From an uncultured delta proteobacterium (GTDB taxonomy: Bacteria > Desulfobacterota > RBG-13-43-22): DNA of 64,000 nt. The translations under genes and the position numbers were made by a program. The stretch covers positions 32,001 through 96,000 of the forward strand of contig CAVUPH010000013.1 of the NCBI GenBank assembly GCA_963743305.1, read 5' to 3'. Below, one piece after another: positions 30,065-40,305 of this stretch (position 1 is the first letter of the stretch; each line of letters opens with the position of its first letter). Under the pieces are notes generated by a model. The model was not told where the DNA came from and did no database searches. It was given only the letters and a program-made list of their open reading frames with translations.

Positions 30065-30955
30065 ATGGCGGCAACGGCACTGATGGAAACCAATTTCCCA
30101 AACCTGAACCTGGTTAACCGGGGCAAGGTCCGGGATATTTATGATTTGGGAGAGCAGCTTTTGATCGTGGCCACGGACCGGATTTCAGCCTTTGACGTGG
30201 TCATGCCCAACCCCATCCCGGGCAAGGGGCGAATATTGACCCGGTTATCCAAGTTCTGGTTTTCTCACATGGCCTCTCTGGTGCCCAATCACCTGATCAC
30301 CACGGAGGTAAAGGATTTTCCAGCCTCCTGTCAACCCTATGAGGATGACCTGACGGGCCGAAGTATGCTGGTTAAAAAGGCCGCTCCGCTCCCGGTGGAA
30401 TGTATCGTCCGCGGTTATCTTTCCGGTTCGGGCTGGAAGGATTACCAGCAGACGGGCCAAATCTGCGGGATTGCTTTGCCGGAGGGTTTGAAGGAATCCG
30501 ACCGGCTGGACCAGCCCATTTTTACCCCCTCCACCAAAGCGGAGTCCGGGACCCACGATGAAAATATCCCGGTTGATGAGGTGGTCCGGAAACTGGGACC
30601 AACCGTGGCAGACCGGTTGGCCACGGTCAGCCTGGCGGTTTATGAAAAAGCCCGGCGTCTCGGGGAAGAAAAAGGGATCATCATTGCCGACACCAAATTT
30701 GAATTCGGTTTTCAGAACGACGAGCTCCTTTTAATCGACGAGGTCCTGACGCCGGATTCCTCCCGTTTCTGGCCCCGAGACCAATACCGCCCCGGAGGAC
30801 CGCAGGTCAGTTTCGATAAACAGTTTCTACGGGATTATCTGGAATCGCTTCACTGGGACAAGAAACCACCGGCCCCGCCGCTCCCGGCGGATATCATCGA
30901 GAAGACCCGCGCCAAATACGAAGAGGCCCTGCGGATATTTACCGGGTCTGCTTAA
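30065..30955 (+). CDS. purC: SAICAR synthetase
   Basis: [35 protein letters not shown]. Confidence 0.97.
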   Translation: MAATALMETNFPNLNLVNRGKVRDIYDLGEQLLIVATDRISAFDVVMPNPIPGKGRILTRLSKFWFSHMASLVPNHLITTEVKDFPASCQPYEDDLTGRSMLVKKAAPLPVECIVRGYLSGSGWKDYQQTGQICGIALPEGLKESDRLDQPIFTPSTKAESGTHDENIPVDEVVRKLGPTVADRLATVSLAVYEKARRLGEEKGIIIADTKFEFGFQNDELLLIDEVLTPDSSRFWPRDQYRPGGPQVSFDKQFLRDYLESLHWDKKPPAPPLPADIIEKTRAKYEEALRIFTGSA

Positions 30956-31154
30956 AGCGTCGAATGGAGCGGTCATAGGTTTTCTCCACCTCCGGGGTGA
31001 AATAACAGGCCGGCAGCTCCCCATGGCGGCGATGGTAATGGAGACACTGGCAGCAGAGTCCCTTCCTTTCGCAACCGGCATAGGTGCAATTGCAGTGTGT
31101 TAAGTTTTCCTTGACGTTCGGGCATTGTTCCCGCATCTGGGCGTAGTTCGTCAT
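30939..31154 (-). CDS. small Cys-rich protein (DUF6485-like)
   Basis: [18 protein letters not shown]...GELPACYF....EKTYDRS. Confidence 0.75.
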   Translation of the reverse strand: MTNYAQMREQCPNVKENLTHCNCTYAGCERKGLCCQCLHYHRRHGELPACYFTPEVEKTYDRSIRRFKQTR

Positions 31155-31235
31155 GTGCAGCTCCTCCCGGGAAGTTTTTTGTTTGGGAATATATCATCCC
31201 CTCCTCCCAATATTCAACCTGGAATACCCGGGGAT

Positions 31236-31415
31236 TTAACCCTCCAGGCCCGGGATGGGCGCCCCGAAGCCTGAAAATAGAATGGTATACGGGTCATTGC
31301 GAGGGGCGAAGTGACAAAGCAATCCCCCCATTGAGCTTGGGGATCGTTGCAGGCAAACTGGGGGATTGCTTCGCCTCGCTCGCAATGACAGGCGTGTGCG
31401 GTGGCATTTTCGTAT
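31236..31415. repeat. hairpin-motif copy (31236-31279) plus GTCATTGCGA palindrome (31293-31389)
   Basis: Direct comparison with the other copies in the window. Confidence 0.75.
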
Positions 31416-31446
31416 TAAGTGGTCACCCTGAAAGGAAAAGCGTCCT

Positions 31447-32415
31447 GTGAACACAGTCCAATTTCTGTTCAAAGAAACAACCATTGACTTGAAGGACATT
31501 GACTGGCGGGATACCACCTTTCAAGTCTCCTACGGCCGTTCCCTGCAACCCCTCAAGACATCTATCCAGGTCATCGGGCTTCAGCAGCTTCCTGTCCTGC
31601 AGGAGAGGGGGGGTGAAAGGCTGCGCATTGTTTCCGGGCGCCGAAGGCTTTTGGTCTGGAAACAGCTCCCTCGATCGGACTGCCCGGTCCGGTTGGTTTC
31701 CGCCGATCAGCCGGAAAAGGAACTTTTTCTCTATTGTTTCTATGAAGCGATCGGCCGGGGCGCGCTCAATGTCATTGAACAGGCGGTGGTCCTGGAAAAA
31801 CTGCTAAGGTATTTTCCGGAAGACCGGGTCCTCTCCGACTATCTGCCTTTACTGGGCCTGGCCCCCAAAATGGAAATCCTGCATCGCTACCTGCGGATAG
31901 CCGCCGCCGGTCCCTGGATTTGGCCGGCGGTCGTCGAGGGGAAACTATTTCCGGAAACCCTGGAAGGGATCGACCGGGATTTTCCCGCTCTCCGCGAATT
32001 GCTCGCCTCTGTGCTGATCCATTTGCGGTGGGGCTTCCAAAAACAAAGGGAATTCCTGGCCGGCCTGAAGGAATTGGCCCTGAGGCAGGGGGTCAAGCCC
32101 GAAAAAATACTCAGCGCTCCGCCCCTAATAGAATGGCTGAAAGGCGGGGATTTAAGTCCCCAGCAGCAAGGGGAGGCCATTCGAAAGTTCCTTCACCAAG
32201 CGCTTTTTCCGGTCTCCACGGAAACGGAAAAAGAATTCAACGAAAAACGGGCCCGGATGAAACTGGATCCCCGGACCCAATTGACGCCGCCGCCCTTTTT
32301 TGAAGGTGGAACCTATCGGCTGGATGTGCGGTTTTCAGAGAATAAAGATTTGAAAGCGTCCCTGGATCGGATCCAACGCGCACTCGAATCCGGTTGTTTC
32401 GAAGACCTGCCATGA
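31447..32415 (+). CDS. ParB/Srx N-terminal domain protein
   Basis: L..SI..IGLQQLPVL...RIVSGRRRL followed by a helical region; no adjacent parA. Confidence 0.75.
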   Translation: MNTVQFLFKETTIDLKDIDWRDTTFQVSYGRSLQPLKTSIQVIGLQQLPVLQERGGERLRIVSGRRRLLVWKQLPRSDCPVRLVSADQPEKELFLYCFYEAIGRGALNVIEQAVVLEKLLRYFPEDRVLSDYLPLLGLAPKMEILHRYLRIAAAGPWIWPAVVEGKLFPETLEGIDRDFPALRELLASVLIHLRWGFQKQREFLAGLKELALRQGVKPEKILSAPPLIEWLKGGDLSPQQQGEAIRKFLHQALFPVSTETEKEFNEKRARMKLDPRTQLTPPPFFEGGTYRLDVRFSENKDLKASLDRIQRALESGCFEDLP

Positions 32416-33524
32416 GGGGGGTTGGAAACCGGATGTTCAAATTTGAAAAAATAATTATTCATCGGGAAGTAGCCGCGACCCCCTTAGCTCGAAATATTCG
32501 ACAAGCTTTCAGCGGCTTGCCGCTGGAATGGGTGGATCGGGAGCCGGAGCCCGGGTCGACGAAGATTTCGCTGAGGCAATCGAAGCGAATTCTTTATCTG
32601 ACGGCCTTCCGAGGGCAATTGGTCAAGCCCTGCCCCGGCACTAAGGAGTATATCTGTTGCGGTTATCAGATTCTCAACACCGCCACGAACTGTCCGATCG
32701 ACTGCAGTTACTGCATCCTGCAGGCCTATTTTAACCAATCGTTCATCCGCCTCTTTGCCAACACGGATGAAATATTCGCCCGGCTGAAAGCCTACGTTTC
32801 CGAACGGAAAGGAAGTCCGGTACGTCTGGGCACCGGTGAATTCACCGACAGTCTAGCCCTGGATCCGGTTACGCAGTTCTCCTCCCTGTTGGCCGAAGCG
32901 GTCGCGGGCCATCCCAATTTAGTCGTAGAGTTGAAAACCAAATCCCGGGGCGTCGAAAATCTGCTGCGTATGCCGCTAGTCGAACCCTTCCTGCTCTCCT
33001 GGTCTTTAAACGCCGAAGGGATTATTCAAAAGGAAGAGCAGGGAGCCGCCAGCCTGGTCGAGCGATTGGCGGCGGCGGATGCCTGCCAGAAGAAAGGGTA
33101 TCGGTTGGGGTTCCACTTCGACCCCCTGATCTACTTTCCGGGTTGGGAGGAAGCCTACCAAAATACGGTCAGTCGACTATTTCAACGGATCCGACCCGAG
33201 AATATCGCCTGGATCAGCCTGGGTTGTTTTCGCTATCTGCCGGTTTTGAAACCCATTATCCAAGAAAGGTTTCCTCGGTCCCGTTTTATTCACCAGGAGT
33301 TTATCCCGGCCATAGATGGAAAAAGACGTTACCCCCAAACCCTGCGGGTGGAAATGTACCGGCGGCTGGTCGGATGGATCAGGGAGTACGCGCCGGAGGC
33401 CATGGTTTATTTGTGCATGGAGAGCCCCGTGGTCTGGAAAAAGGTCTTTGGTTTTATCCCCGGATCCGGCTATCCGACTTTGGCCGAGATGCTCGATTCA
33501 CGGGTGGGAATAAAAAGCCCTTGA
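32412..33524 (+). CDS. spore photoproduct lyase family radical SAM protein
   Basis: NCPIDCSYCILQ, GTGEFTDSL, ELKTKS, SWSLN, GFHFDP, YLCME; ATGA overlap with the upstream gene. Confidence 0.88.
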   Translation: MRGVGNRMFKFEKIIIHREVAATPLARNIRQAFSGLPLEWVDREPEPGSTKISLRQSKRILYLTAFRGQLVKPCPGTKEYICCGYQILNTATNCPIDCSYCILQAYFNQSFIRLFANTDEIFARLKAYVSERKGSPVRLGTGEFTDSLALDPVTQFSSLLAEAVAGHPNLVVELKTKSRGVENLLRMPLVEPFLLSWSLNAEGIIQKEEQGAASLVERLAAADACQKKGYRLGFHFDPLIYFPGWEEAYQNTVSRLFQRIRPENIAWISLGCFRYLPVLKPIIQERFPRSRFIHQEFIPAIDGKRRYPQTLRVEMYRRLVGWIREYAPEAMVYLCMESPVVWKKVFGFIPGSGYPTLAEMLDSRVGIKSP

Positions 33525-33545
33525 CCGTGACGATCAAGGGCTTCT
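33512..33545. terminator. terminator hairpin between convergent genes
   Basis: AAAAAGCCCTTGA-ccgtgacga-TCAAGGGCTT. Confidence 0.6.
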
Positions 33546-33588
33546 CGGGCGATCCCCGGGCAACCTGGGGTTAATGGAAAAATAGAAA

Positions 33589-34476
33589 CTACTTGCCCTT
33601 GCCGGTCAAGGCGGCCGGGTTCATCGTCACCTTGGCTTTTTTGAGGGCCTGTTCAACGAACTCAGTGACTTTGGCCTCCTGCTTTTCCCGGAGGACCTGT
33701 TGGGTCACTTTATCCTTAATGGTTTCGAAAGGCTCGGCCACCGCCTCTTTTTTTTCATCGACCTTGATCACGTGAAAACCGAATTCCGTTTCCACCAAGT
33801 CGCTTACTTCTCCGGGTTTTAGAGAAAAGGCCGCTTGTTCAAAGGCCGGTACCATGCTGCCTTTGGAAAAGAATCCCAATTCGCCGCCTTTGGATTTCGT
33901 GCCGGGATCATCGGAGAATTCGGCAGCCAGCTTGGTAAAATCCTCTCCGGCCTTGACCTTCTTCAGCACTTCCTCGGCTTTTTCTTTCAGCTTCTTCTTT
34001 TCTTCATCCGTAGCCCCTTTGGGAACCTGGATGAGGATATGGCGGGCTTTGACCTGTTCGGGCGATTTAAACAGGTCCGGGTTTTTGTCGTAGTAGGCCT
34101 TGGCATCTTTTTCGGTTACCTTGATTTTGTTGAGCACTTCTTTTTGCAGGTACTGAACAGCCAGAAAATTATTGGTGATCATCTCCAGTTGGCCTTTAAT
34201 CTCCGGTCGTTTGTCAAAACCTTTTTCCCGAGCCAAACCGGCGATGACCATTCCCTGGACCGTTTGCCAGAGGAGGGTGGGTTTGGCCTGAGGGTTTTTA
34301 TCAATCTGCGCTCGTTGCTCGGCATCATAGTAACTGAGGATCTTATTGAAATCGGCCACGGTAATGGTTTTGTTGCCGATCCGGGCGACTACGTTGGGGT
34401 CCTGGGCGAATGCCGGATAGGCCAGTCCGGCCAGCATTAAGGTAAAAATCCCCAAAATCTTGAGGTAGATCTTCAT
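33589..34476 (-). CDS. parvulin-type peptidyl-prolyl isomerase (exported)
   Basis: ARHILI, SDDPG...GGELG.F, FEQAAF.L, TEFGFHVIK. Confidence 0.92.
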   Translation of the reverse strand: MKIYLKILGIFTLMLAGLAYPAFAQDPNVVARIGNKTITVADFNKILSYYDAEQRAQIDKNPQAKPTLLWQTVQGMVIAGLAREKGFDKRPEIKGQLEMITNNFLAVQYLQKEVLNKIKVTEKDAKAYYDKNPDLFKSPEQVKARHILIQVPKGATDEEKKKLKEKAEEVLKKVKAGEDFTKLAAEFSDDPGTKSKGGELGFFSKGSMVPAFEQAAFSLKPGEVSDLVETEFGFHVIKVDEKKEAVAEPFETIKDKVTQQVLREKQEAKVTEFVEQALKKAKVTMNPAALTGKGK

Positions 34477-34569
34477 AAAAATTCTCCTTTTATTAAAAAT
34501 AGTTTTCGGACCTATAGCACAATTCCGATGCCCTGAATATAAAAAAAGCGCCCGGATCGATCTGTCGAT

Positions 34570-35268
34570 TCACAAACGCAGCGCCCGGCGATTCTTCTCG
34601 AAGCGCATCTGCAAAAGTTCCACCAGGAGGGCAAACCCCATAGGCAGATAAATATAGGCTTTGGGGACGTGCCGGTGCAAGCCTTCCATGAAGATCGTGA
34701 CCCCGATGGTGATCAGGAAGGAGAGGGCCAGGATTTTGAGGGCCGGATGACCCAGAATGAATTCCCCCACCGGTTGGGCATAAATCAGAATGGCCAGAAA
34801 AGAGAGAAGCACCGCCAGAATAATGACCCAAAGGTTATTGGTCAACCCTACGGCGGTTATGACCGAATCGATGGAAAAGACGATATCCAACAGAACGATC
34901 TGGGTTACGACAGAGGTAAACCCCCCCATCAGCGTTCCGGCGGCCACCTTCTGTTCCTCTTTAAGTTCGACCGTGTAATGAATTTCCCGGACAGCCTTGT
35001 AAATCAGAAATAATCCGCCGCCCAGCAGGATCAGGTCCCTGACGGATAAATCCAGTACCAGCGCCTCGGTCAGGTTGGCCAGGACCAGGACCAGCCAGAG
35101 CATCCCGATCCTGGCTGCCAGGGCCAAACTGAGTCCGATCAGTCGGGCTTTTCGGCGTAAGGTTTCCGGCAGGCGGCCGGCAAAAACAGCGATGACCAGC
35201 ACATTATCTACGCCCAGGACCAATTCCAATCCGACCAGTAGGGCCAGAAGCAGGATGGCGTCAGTCAT
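34570..35268 (-). CDS. TerC family membrane protein
   Basis: LELVLGVDN, DIVFSIDSVITAVG, PKAYIY. Confidence 0.92.
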   Translation of the reverse strand: MTDAILLLALLVGLELVLGVDNVLVIAVFAGRLPETLRRKARLIGLSLALAARIGMLWLVLVLANLTEALVLDLSVRDLILLGGGLFLIYKAVREIHYTVELKEEQKVAAGTLMGGFTSVVTQIVLLDIVFSIDSVITAVGLTNNLWVIILAVLLSFLAILIYAQPVGEFILGHPALKILALSFLITIGVTIFMEGLHRHVPKAYIYLPMGFALLVELLQMRFEKNRRALRL

Positions 35269-35297
35269 CGAGGATTACCTCCAAAACCAGAGCGCGA

Positions 35298-35534
35298 TTA
35301 CTCCGACTTTTCGGCTGTTTCCGATCGGGAAGCCTGGGTTTCCAAGTCGGAAATCGGTTCTTCTTGCCCGGAGGCGGCAGCTTCCGCCGTGGCTTCCAAG
35401 GGGGATTCCGGCTCCTCTTCCCCGGAGGGTTCCCCTTTGTTCAAGCGACGCTGGCGCTTGGCCTCCTGTTTTTTTTGGCGGTTCAGTTCCTTGTTCCTTT
35501 TGCCGCTCTTATAGAATCCGGCGCGAGTTGCCAT
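35298..35534 (-). CDS. small protein with basic N-terminus and acidic tail
   Basis: KSGKRNKELNRQKKQEAKRQRR; GGAGG RBS. Confidence 0.65.
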   Translation of the reverse strand: MATRAGFYKSGKRNKELNRQKKQEAKRQRRLNKGEPSGEEEPESPLEATAEAAASGQEEPISDLETQASRSETAEKSE

Positions 35535-35677
35535 CGGAACCTCCTTCAATCATAAATTTAAAAATCAATGTGGAAATGAGGGTAACTAACGGTGGGATTG
35601 TCGGTGAAGCCGCCGTTCAGGTTCTAAGAGTCCACATCGTTTGGCTGCCTGTTCCCCAGGCCGCTTGGGTTTAGTCC

Positions 35678-35768
35678 CCTTGAATTCATTTCAAATGGCG
35701 GGGAGTCACGCCTAAGCGTGACTCCCCGCCGAGCAGAAAGTCATTTTTGGACTTATTGCTCGATCATC
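35678..35768. repeat. partial copy of the element at 17806-17962
   Basis: Shared TTGAATTCA.TTCAAATGGCGGGG-hairpin-CCCCGCCGAGCAG.AAGTC. Confidence 0.65.
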
Positions 35769-35859
35769 TTATCTTAAATGAATGATGATAAAAGAATATT
35801 GATGATTAAGCAAGGGGAAAGTAGAAAGGGAGTGGTGGACAGTGAAAAGAATTTCGAGG

Positions 35860-36369
35860 CTACCGTTCCAGGGCTACGACCAGGGCGGTGGTCAGCTTGA
35901 CGATATCCTCATCGCTCTTTCGCAACCTTTTGGACAACAACTGACTTAGTCGAAAAAGAATCTTCACGCCCATGACCGGGTTTTGATTGAACAATCGGAA
36001 GGAATTTTCCTTGCTCAATTCGAGCATCCGGCAATCGGTGGAAGCGGTGACGTTGGCCGAGCGCACGTCATCTTCAATCAGTGCCATCTCGCCCAGCGTC
36101 ACCCCGTCTTCCGATCTCAGGCGGTTCATGATTCGTTCCAGAATGTCCGTCTGATCAATGGGCAGGAGCAGGCGTTTGGTGACTTCCACTTCGCCTTCAA
36201 GTAAAATATACATCTTCTCCCCGGGTTCCCCCTCGGCCATGATCACCGATCCGGCCGGAAATTCCCGGGGGAGGGAAGCCCCCCAAACTTCCGCCAGTTC
36301 CTCGTCCTGCAGGTCCTGGAGAATATATATTATTTTCAGGGTGTTAAGATCAGGATCGGGCCCTTTCAT
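35860..36369 (-). CDS. stand-alone cyclic nucleotide-binding domain protein
   Basis: EGEPGEKMYILLEGEVEV, GEMALI....RSANV. Confidence 0.88.
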   Translation of the reverse strand: MKGPDPDLNTLKIIYILQDLQDEELAEVWGASLPREFPAGSVIMAEGEPGEKMYILLEGEVEVTKRLLLPIDQTDILERIMNRLRSEDGVTLGEMALIEDDVRSANVTASTDCRMLELSKENSFRLFNQNPVMGVKILFRLSQLLSKRLRKSDEDIVKLTTALVVALER

Positions 36370-37602
36370 TTAAAAGCCCCTTCCCGTTGGGTGAATCTGC
36401 GGTTGTTCGGCGATGACCACGGCCACTTCCTCCGGGGAAAGGATATGGTCGTCCGGGGGATTGATCCGAAAATTTACTTTGTGGATCCCGAAAAGGTGGG
36501 CCTTCCCGGCCTCATTGAATTTTCGAAAAATAAACTCGTCAATCGCCGAGTGCTCCCCGGACAATAAGTCCTCCAGTTTAAGCCGCTGGCCCTCCGTGAA
36601 TAATCCGATCAACAGGGCCTGATTTCGTTCTTTGATATGGGCGGCGAAGACCTTAAGTTCAGCGCCCTTAAAACGGGCGGGGATTTCCAGGGCATAGAAA
36701 TTGGGGCCTTCCGGGGAAAGAAGGGTCTGCAAAACCTTGAAGAGGCCGGCTGACTCGGTGGCACTGGCGATCAGGGCGCTGTCGTATTCTCCGCGAAGGA
36801 TGATGTCCTCCACATGGGCCCGCTCGAGATGCAGGCGGTTGTCCGGGTAAAGGATTTCGGCGCAGACTTCGATTTTCGGGTTCAGGGATTTCAAGGCCAG
36901 GGCGGCTTGCAGGGTACGCTGGTCCACCTGCTCCCGGGGAGGATTGTCCACCCGGTCGGCCAGGATAACGGCGCGCCGCGCCTGCCCCAGGTTGGCCTTC
37001 AAAAGGACTTCTTCCCGAGTGAAATCTCCCCGGATATACTGGAGAGGATGTCCCTCGAATTCAATCTTGAGGGCCTCGAATTGTTCCGGCGGCAGGTTGT
37101 TGATCAGGATGACGACGGTCCGCCGGTCTAACCGGGAAAACAGGTTTTTTAAAATCTGATTTCCCCGGTAATGCCAGCCTAAAATGATGATATGATCATG
37201 GGCCAAAACACTTTCCAAACCCCGTTCCCTCCTCATTTTTCGTTCAATAAAAACCGAGGCGATGGTCGCGGTGGTCAGGGAGAGGAGGATCACTCCGGAC
37301 AACATCAGCCCCACCCCCAGCAGTTTTCCCCCCAGGGTTCGGGGAACCACATCCCCATAGCCCACCGTAGTGATCGTTACCGCGGCCCACCAAAGGCCCT
37401 GCCCCACCCGGGCACCGAAGTCTCCGCCGGCGGTTTCATTGAGGGCGAACCCCAGGGCGCCCAGCAGGATCACGACCAGGACTCCTCCGATCAGGAAGAA
37501 AATCCTTTCCTGCTTCAAGGTTGTGAGAAATACCGTCAAGATCGAGCCCAGGTCGTCCCGGGCGTCTTTCCAGCGGAGGAGGACTCCTTTTCGGAGCGGC
37601 AC
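36370..37602 (-). CDS. 2-TM potassium channel with RCK (TrkA-N) domain
   Basis: Filter TTVGYGD; HIIILGW Rossmann-like RCK domain. Confidence 0.92.
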   Translation of the reverse strand: MPLRKGVLLRWKDARDDLGSILTVFLTTLKQERIFFLIGGVLVVILLGALGFALNETAGGDFGARVGQGLWWAAVTITTVGYGDVVPRTLGGKLLGVGLMLSGVILLSLTTATIASVFIERKMRRERGLESVLAHDHIIILGWHYRGNQILKNLFSRLDRRTVVILINNLPPEQFEALKIEFEGHPLQYIRGDFTREEVLLKANLGQARRAVILADRVDNPPREQVDQRTLQAALALKSLNPKIEVCAEILYPDNRLHLERAHVEDIILRGEYDSALIASATESAGLFKVLQTLLSPEGPNFYALEIPARFKGAELKVFAAHIKERNQALLIGLFTEGQRLKLEDLLSGEHSAIDEFIFRKFNEAGKAHLFGIHKVNFRINPPDDHILSPEEVAVVIAEQPQIHPTGRGF

Positions 37603-37616
37603 CCTAGATTCTTTCT

Positions 37617-38147
37617 TTACAGATTATCACGGACGGCCTTGATCAGCTTCTGGATTTCTTCGGCGTTCAGCTTGCCGTCTTTTCGGAAGACCAATTTCCC
37701 GGTCTTATCAAAGACCAGGATATCGCTGCTATCATCGGCTATCTTCCAACTGGTAACCAATACTTTTTTTAGATCCCGGACATAAATGGTTCTGGGGTAG
37801 CGCTTCTGCTTTTTTTCCAGAGCGGAATTTATGGCAAAATTGGGCATCCAGGTGGCGGCCATATTAATAATGCCCCAGGATTGATATTTGTCCAGGGGAA
37901 ATTTTTCCTTGTCCAGCGCCTCGCTGGCCGGGTTGTTGGTGTCTTTTTCATCCGGATCGACATAAAATAGGACCTGGACCTTGCCCTGCAATTCTTCACT
38001 GCTCCAGGGTTTCCCGTCCAGTCGTCCCCCCAGTTTTTCCTTTAGTTCCACCTTGGGGGGAATTTCGCCGATTTCAAGGGCTTGGGCGGTTTGGTTTATC
38101 AGAAAGACACTCAACACCAGAATCAACCATTTTGAGAAACGCTTCAT
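37617..38147 (-). CDS. YtfJ family periplasmic protein
   Basis: PWSSEELQGKVQVLFY; signal peptide; GGAGG RBS. Confidence 0.8.
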   Translation of the reverse strand: MKRFSKWLILVLSVFLINQTAQALEIGEIPPKVELKEKLGGRLDGKPWSSEELQGKVQVLFYVDPDEKDTNNPASEALDKEKFPLDKYQSWGIINMAATWMPNFAINSALEKKQKRYPRTIYVRDLKKVLVTSWKIADDSSDILVFDKTGKLVFRKDGKLNAEEIQKLIKAVRDNL

Positions 38148-38377
38148 GCCGGACCTCCTTAATGTTAGATGGGCAATTATTCTTCCTGGACCTGTCGGAG
38201 GTATTATTAGCATAGAAGAGAAAAACTGAAAAGGTCGTTTTTGGAAGAGGGGAAGGGGGGCGAACTCCTCTGAAAACTGAATTTTAAGCAATTTCGATGA
38301 TTTTAGTTGATCAAAGGGCTATAATATGGGAAAATAATATGTTGTATTCGGTAGTGGGTCCGCAAAAAGTTCCTTTT

Positions 38378-38520
38378 TGTCATCCTGAACCCTTCGCCTG
38401 TCACCCTGAGTCCTTCGCCTGTCATCCGGGGCGAAGCGAAGGATCTCGAATTTCGGCTCAGAGTAAACCCCGCGAAGGGTCTCGGTGCATGGCTCAGGGT
38501 AAACTTCGCGAAGGTCCCGT
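38378..38520. repeat. REP-like array (TGTCAYCCTGA.nCCTTCGCC units)
   Basis: Three tandem TGTCATCC/TGTCACCC units followed by GCTCAG.GTAAAC..CGCGAAGG x2. Confidence 0.65.
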
Positions 38521-38550
38521 AACGTTAGAGGGAAAGGAATTCTTAAAAAT

Positions 38551-40305
38551 ATGATGAACGACGAAGATCCTTTGGATAAAGAAGAATCGGCCGAACCTGG
38601 GCCATCGGAACACGCGGTTTCGGATCAGGTTCAGGCGGCGGCCCAGGAGAACCCCTTGATCGAGCCCGAGAACAGGCTGCCGGAGATTTCCCTGGAGGAC
38701 CTGTCCGAGCGATTGCAACAGGCGGTGGCCAAGGCCGGCTGGAGCAGCCTTTTGGCGGTCCAGGCTAAGGCCATTCCTTACCTGCAGGCCCGGCGGGACT
38801 TGATGATTCAGTCTCAAACCGGGAGCGGCAAGACCGGGGCTTATCTCTTGCCTATCCTGGACCGCATCGACCCGGGGAAGGCCGTCTGCCAGGCCCTGGT
38901 CCTGGTCCCTACCCGGGAGTTGGCCCATCAGGTGGCCAGAGAAGCCGAGATTCTGGGCAGCGCCATGGGAGTCCGGTCCATCGCCGTTTATGGCGGTGTG
39001 GGCTATGGGCCGCAACTGGAGGCCTTCCAGCAGGGGGTCCAACTGGTGGTCGGCACGCCGGGCCGGGTGCTGGATCATCTGCTCAAACGCTCCCTTTCGC
39101 TGAAACATCTGGAGGTCCTGGTCTTTGATGAGGCCGACCGCCTCCTGTCCATGGGTTTTTACCCGGACATGAAACAGGTCCAGGAATACCTCCCCTCTCA
39201 GCCCATCAACGGCTATATGCTGTCGGCCACTTTCCCGGGCTTTGTACTGCGCCTGGCCCACGAGTTTCTCCATCAGCCCGAGTACCTCAGCCTGAGTCGG
39301 GACCAGGTCCATGTGGCCGGGACCGACCATTTCTATTATGTAACCCCGGGCATGGAAAAGGACCGGGCCTTGATCCGGATCATCGAGATTGAAAACCCGG
39401 TTTCGGCCATTATTTTCTGCAACACGAAAAGCAGCGTGCATTACCTCACCGTGGTCCTGCAGCGTTTCGGCTACGATGCGGATGAGCTGAGTTCCGACCT
39501 GGCCCAAGGGGCGAGGGAAAAGGTTATGGCCCGGGTTCGGGAAGGGACGTTGCGCTTCATGGTGGCTACCGATGTAGCCGCCCGGGGCATCGATATCCAG
39601 GAATTGTCCCACGTCATTCAGTACGAGCCGCCGGAAGATCCGGAGATTTACATCCATCGAGTCGGGCGCACCGGACGGGCCGGGGCCAGCGGCGTGGCCT
39701 TGTCCCTGGTCACTCCCCTGGAAGAAATCAAGTTGAAACAAATCGCCCGGAAATTCGGCATTGAACTCCAGGAGCGCCCGCTACCCGCGGATGCCGATGT
39801 GGAGGCGATCGTTTCCCAACGGGTTACCGCCTTACTGGAGGCGGATCTCCGCTCGCGGGACAGCCTGAAGGCCGAGCGCATGAAGCGTTTTCTTCCGCTC
39901 GCTCAAAGTCTGGGGCAGGGAGAGGATGAACTGGCCCTCCTGGCCATGTTGTTGGATGAATATTACCAGAAAACCCTCCCGGCTAAGCCGCCTCAACCTC
40001 CACTGGTCAGGGCCTCCGGGTCCGGTCCCAGGCCCGGGAAGGAAGGGCGGGGCGAACGGCCGAGGAAACGGGACCGGGGGCGATCCCGGAAGGAAAATAG
40101 CCGTTTCCATCCGGAGACCTTCCAGTCTGGGACTCGATCCGGCTCAGGGCCATTTAAGTCAAACGACCTGGACGCCGGCTGGAGTTCGGCCCCGCTCTTA
40201 AGGCGGGGCCGGAATGACTTCCTTTGGGCTAATCCACTAGTTCCCAATTTCAGGCACGCCCGCTCTGGGCATGAGGATTTATTATGCAGACTCGTCAAGA
40301 TTTAA
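38551..40305 (+). CDS. DEAD-box RNA helicase (true stop possibly near 40100)
   Basis: [30 protein letters not shown]; basic tail. Confidence 0.93.
   Translation: MMNDEDPLDKEESAEPGPSEHAVSDQVQAAAQENPLIEPENRLPEISLEDLSERLQQAVAKAGWSSLLAVQAKAIPYLQARRDLMIQSQTGSGKTGAYLLPILDRIDPGKAVCQALVLVPTRELAHQVAREAEILGSAMGVRSIAVYGGVGYGPQLEAFQQGVQLVVGTPGRVLDHLLKRSLSLKHLEVLVFDEADRLLSMGFYPDMKQVQEYLPSQPINGYMLSATFPGFVLRLAHEFLHQPEYLSLSRDQVHVAGTDHFYYVTPGMEKDRALIRIIEIENPVSAIIFCNTKSSVHYLTVVLQRFGYDADELSSDLAQGAREKVMARVREGTLRFMVATDVAARGIDIQELSHVIQYEPPEDPEIYIHRVGRTGRAGASGVALSLVTPLEEIKLKQIARKFGIELQERPLPADADVEAIVSQRVTALLEADLRSRDSLKAERMKRFLPLAQSLGQGEDELALLAMLLDEYYQKTLPAKPPQPPLVRASGSGPRPGKEGRGERPRKRDRGRSRKENSRFHPETFQSGTRSGSGPFKSNDLDAGWSSAPLLRRGRNDFLWANPLVPNFRHARSGHEDLLCRLVKI

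Noticed and set aside
38378-38520. CRISPR-like tandem repeats
   Set aside because: Units are degenerate with no unique spacers of constant length, and there are no cas genes; they fit REP-like repeats.
40100-40305. C-terminal extension of the DEAD-box helicase overlapping typA
   Set aside because: Probably read-through from an indel in AAGGAAAATAG near 40095; the extension looks non-coding.
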